Notes under the pieces: model-generated | What the model was told of the DNA's origin: nothing | The model's input: only the letters and a program-made list of their open reading frames with translations | Databases searched by the model: none | Position numbers and translations under genes: made by a program | Part shown: piece after piece, positions 63,600 through 64,000 of the stretch | Layout of the letters: every line of letters starts with the position of its first letter | How positions within the stretch are numbered: the stretch's first letter is position 1 | Source: Obrimoposthia wandeli | Lineage: Eukaryota | Assembly (NCBI GenBank): GCA_977020255.1 | Contig: CDROCS010003593.1 | Location: 62,001 to 126,000 of the forward strand | Direction of reading: 5' to 3' | Length of the DNA stretch: 64,000 nt

Positions 63600-64000
63600 T
63601 TATTCTCCAGTTTGTCTAGTTGAATAGTTCAACTTAAGTGAACTCGCTTTTCTAAGTTCCTGCTTAATGTCAGTGATAATACCCATTTTAGTGTATTGAT
63701 CAACTTTCAAAGAAGTAGTCAACTTATTACGCAATTCTTCTTTTCTTGATTCACGTTCTGAAGCAATAAAAGCTTGAATATCTTCAACTGTTGCAAATTG
63801 GTCATTCAACTGGATACGAGGCATAGTTCCGTATGTCTTCTGGAACTTTCTCATAGGTACACCTACATAGATGTTACTTACAAGATCCTTTTTCTCCAAT
63901 TTAGTTACCTCTTTCGCTTCAGGAACCATAATATCTACATTTAAGTCAACTTCTCTCATAGTTGTAGCAACCATAAAGAAAAATAACAACATAAATACGA
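63600..64000 (-). CDS. exbD: Biopolymer transporter ExbD/TolR (5' end outside the window)
   Basis: VFMLLFFFMVATTM, then VDQYTKMGIITDIKQELRKA. Confidence 0.85.
   Translation of the reverse strand, partial: VFMLLFFFMVATTMREVDLNVDIMVPEAKEVTKLEKKDLVSNIYVGVPMRKFQKTYGTMPRIQLNDQFATVEDIQAFIASERESRKEELRNKLTTSLKVDQYTKMGIITDIKQELRKASSLKLNYSTRQTGE

Overview
AT-rich Bacteroidota chromosome segment. Assignment to Marinilabiliales/Marinifilaceae-like is inferred from TAnnTTTG promoters, rprXY and the acpP-fabF-rnc order. Left to right: (i) an ~11.7 kb minus-strand accessory cluster with four PQQ-like beta-propeller proteins, an NHL propeller, two twin-arginine Cys-rich proteins, a NapH/MauN-type membrane polyferredoxin and a NuoE-ferredoxin-NuoF fusion cut by the window edge; (ii) the dcw cluster (mraZ to ftsA) ending in two tandem, diverged ftsZ paralogues with different C-tails; (iii) yqeY, miaB, a GlsA/GlsB-like acyltransferase pair, purF and a SPOR protein; (iv) a candidate ~87-nt sRNA whose 17-nt core recurs 7.5 kb away; (v) rprXY and a BlaI/M56-TonB module with operators and a truncated duplicate; (vi) an ECF-FecR-TBDR unit; (vii) lepA, rnc-fabF-acpP, purN, an M23 peptidase, two yitT genes, leuS, tRNA-Arg(CCG) and a partial exbD. 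Frameshifts or garbled patches in essential genes (ftsL, ftsI, murD) and a 50-nt A run point to noisy long-read consensus rather than biology. The most interesting items are the propeller/Fe-S redox operon, the FtsZ pair (one with an FtsA-like amphipathic tail) and the sRNA motif pair. No CRISPR array, IS element or rRNA was seen.
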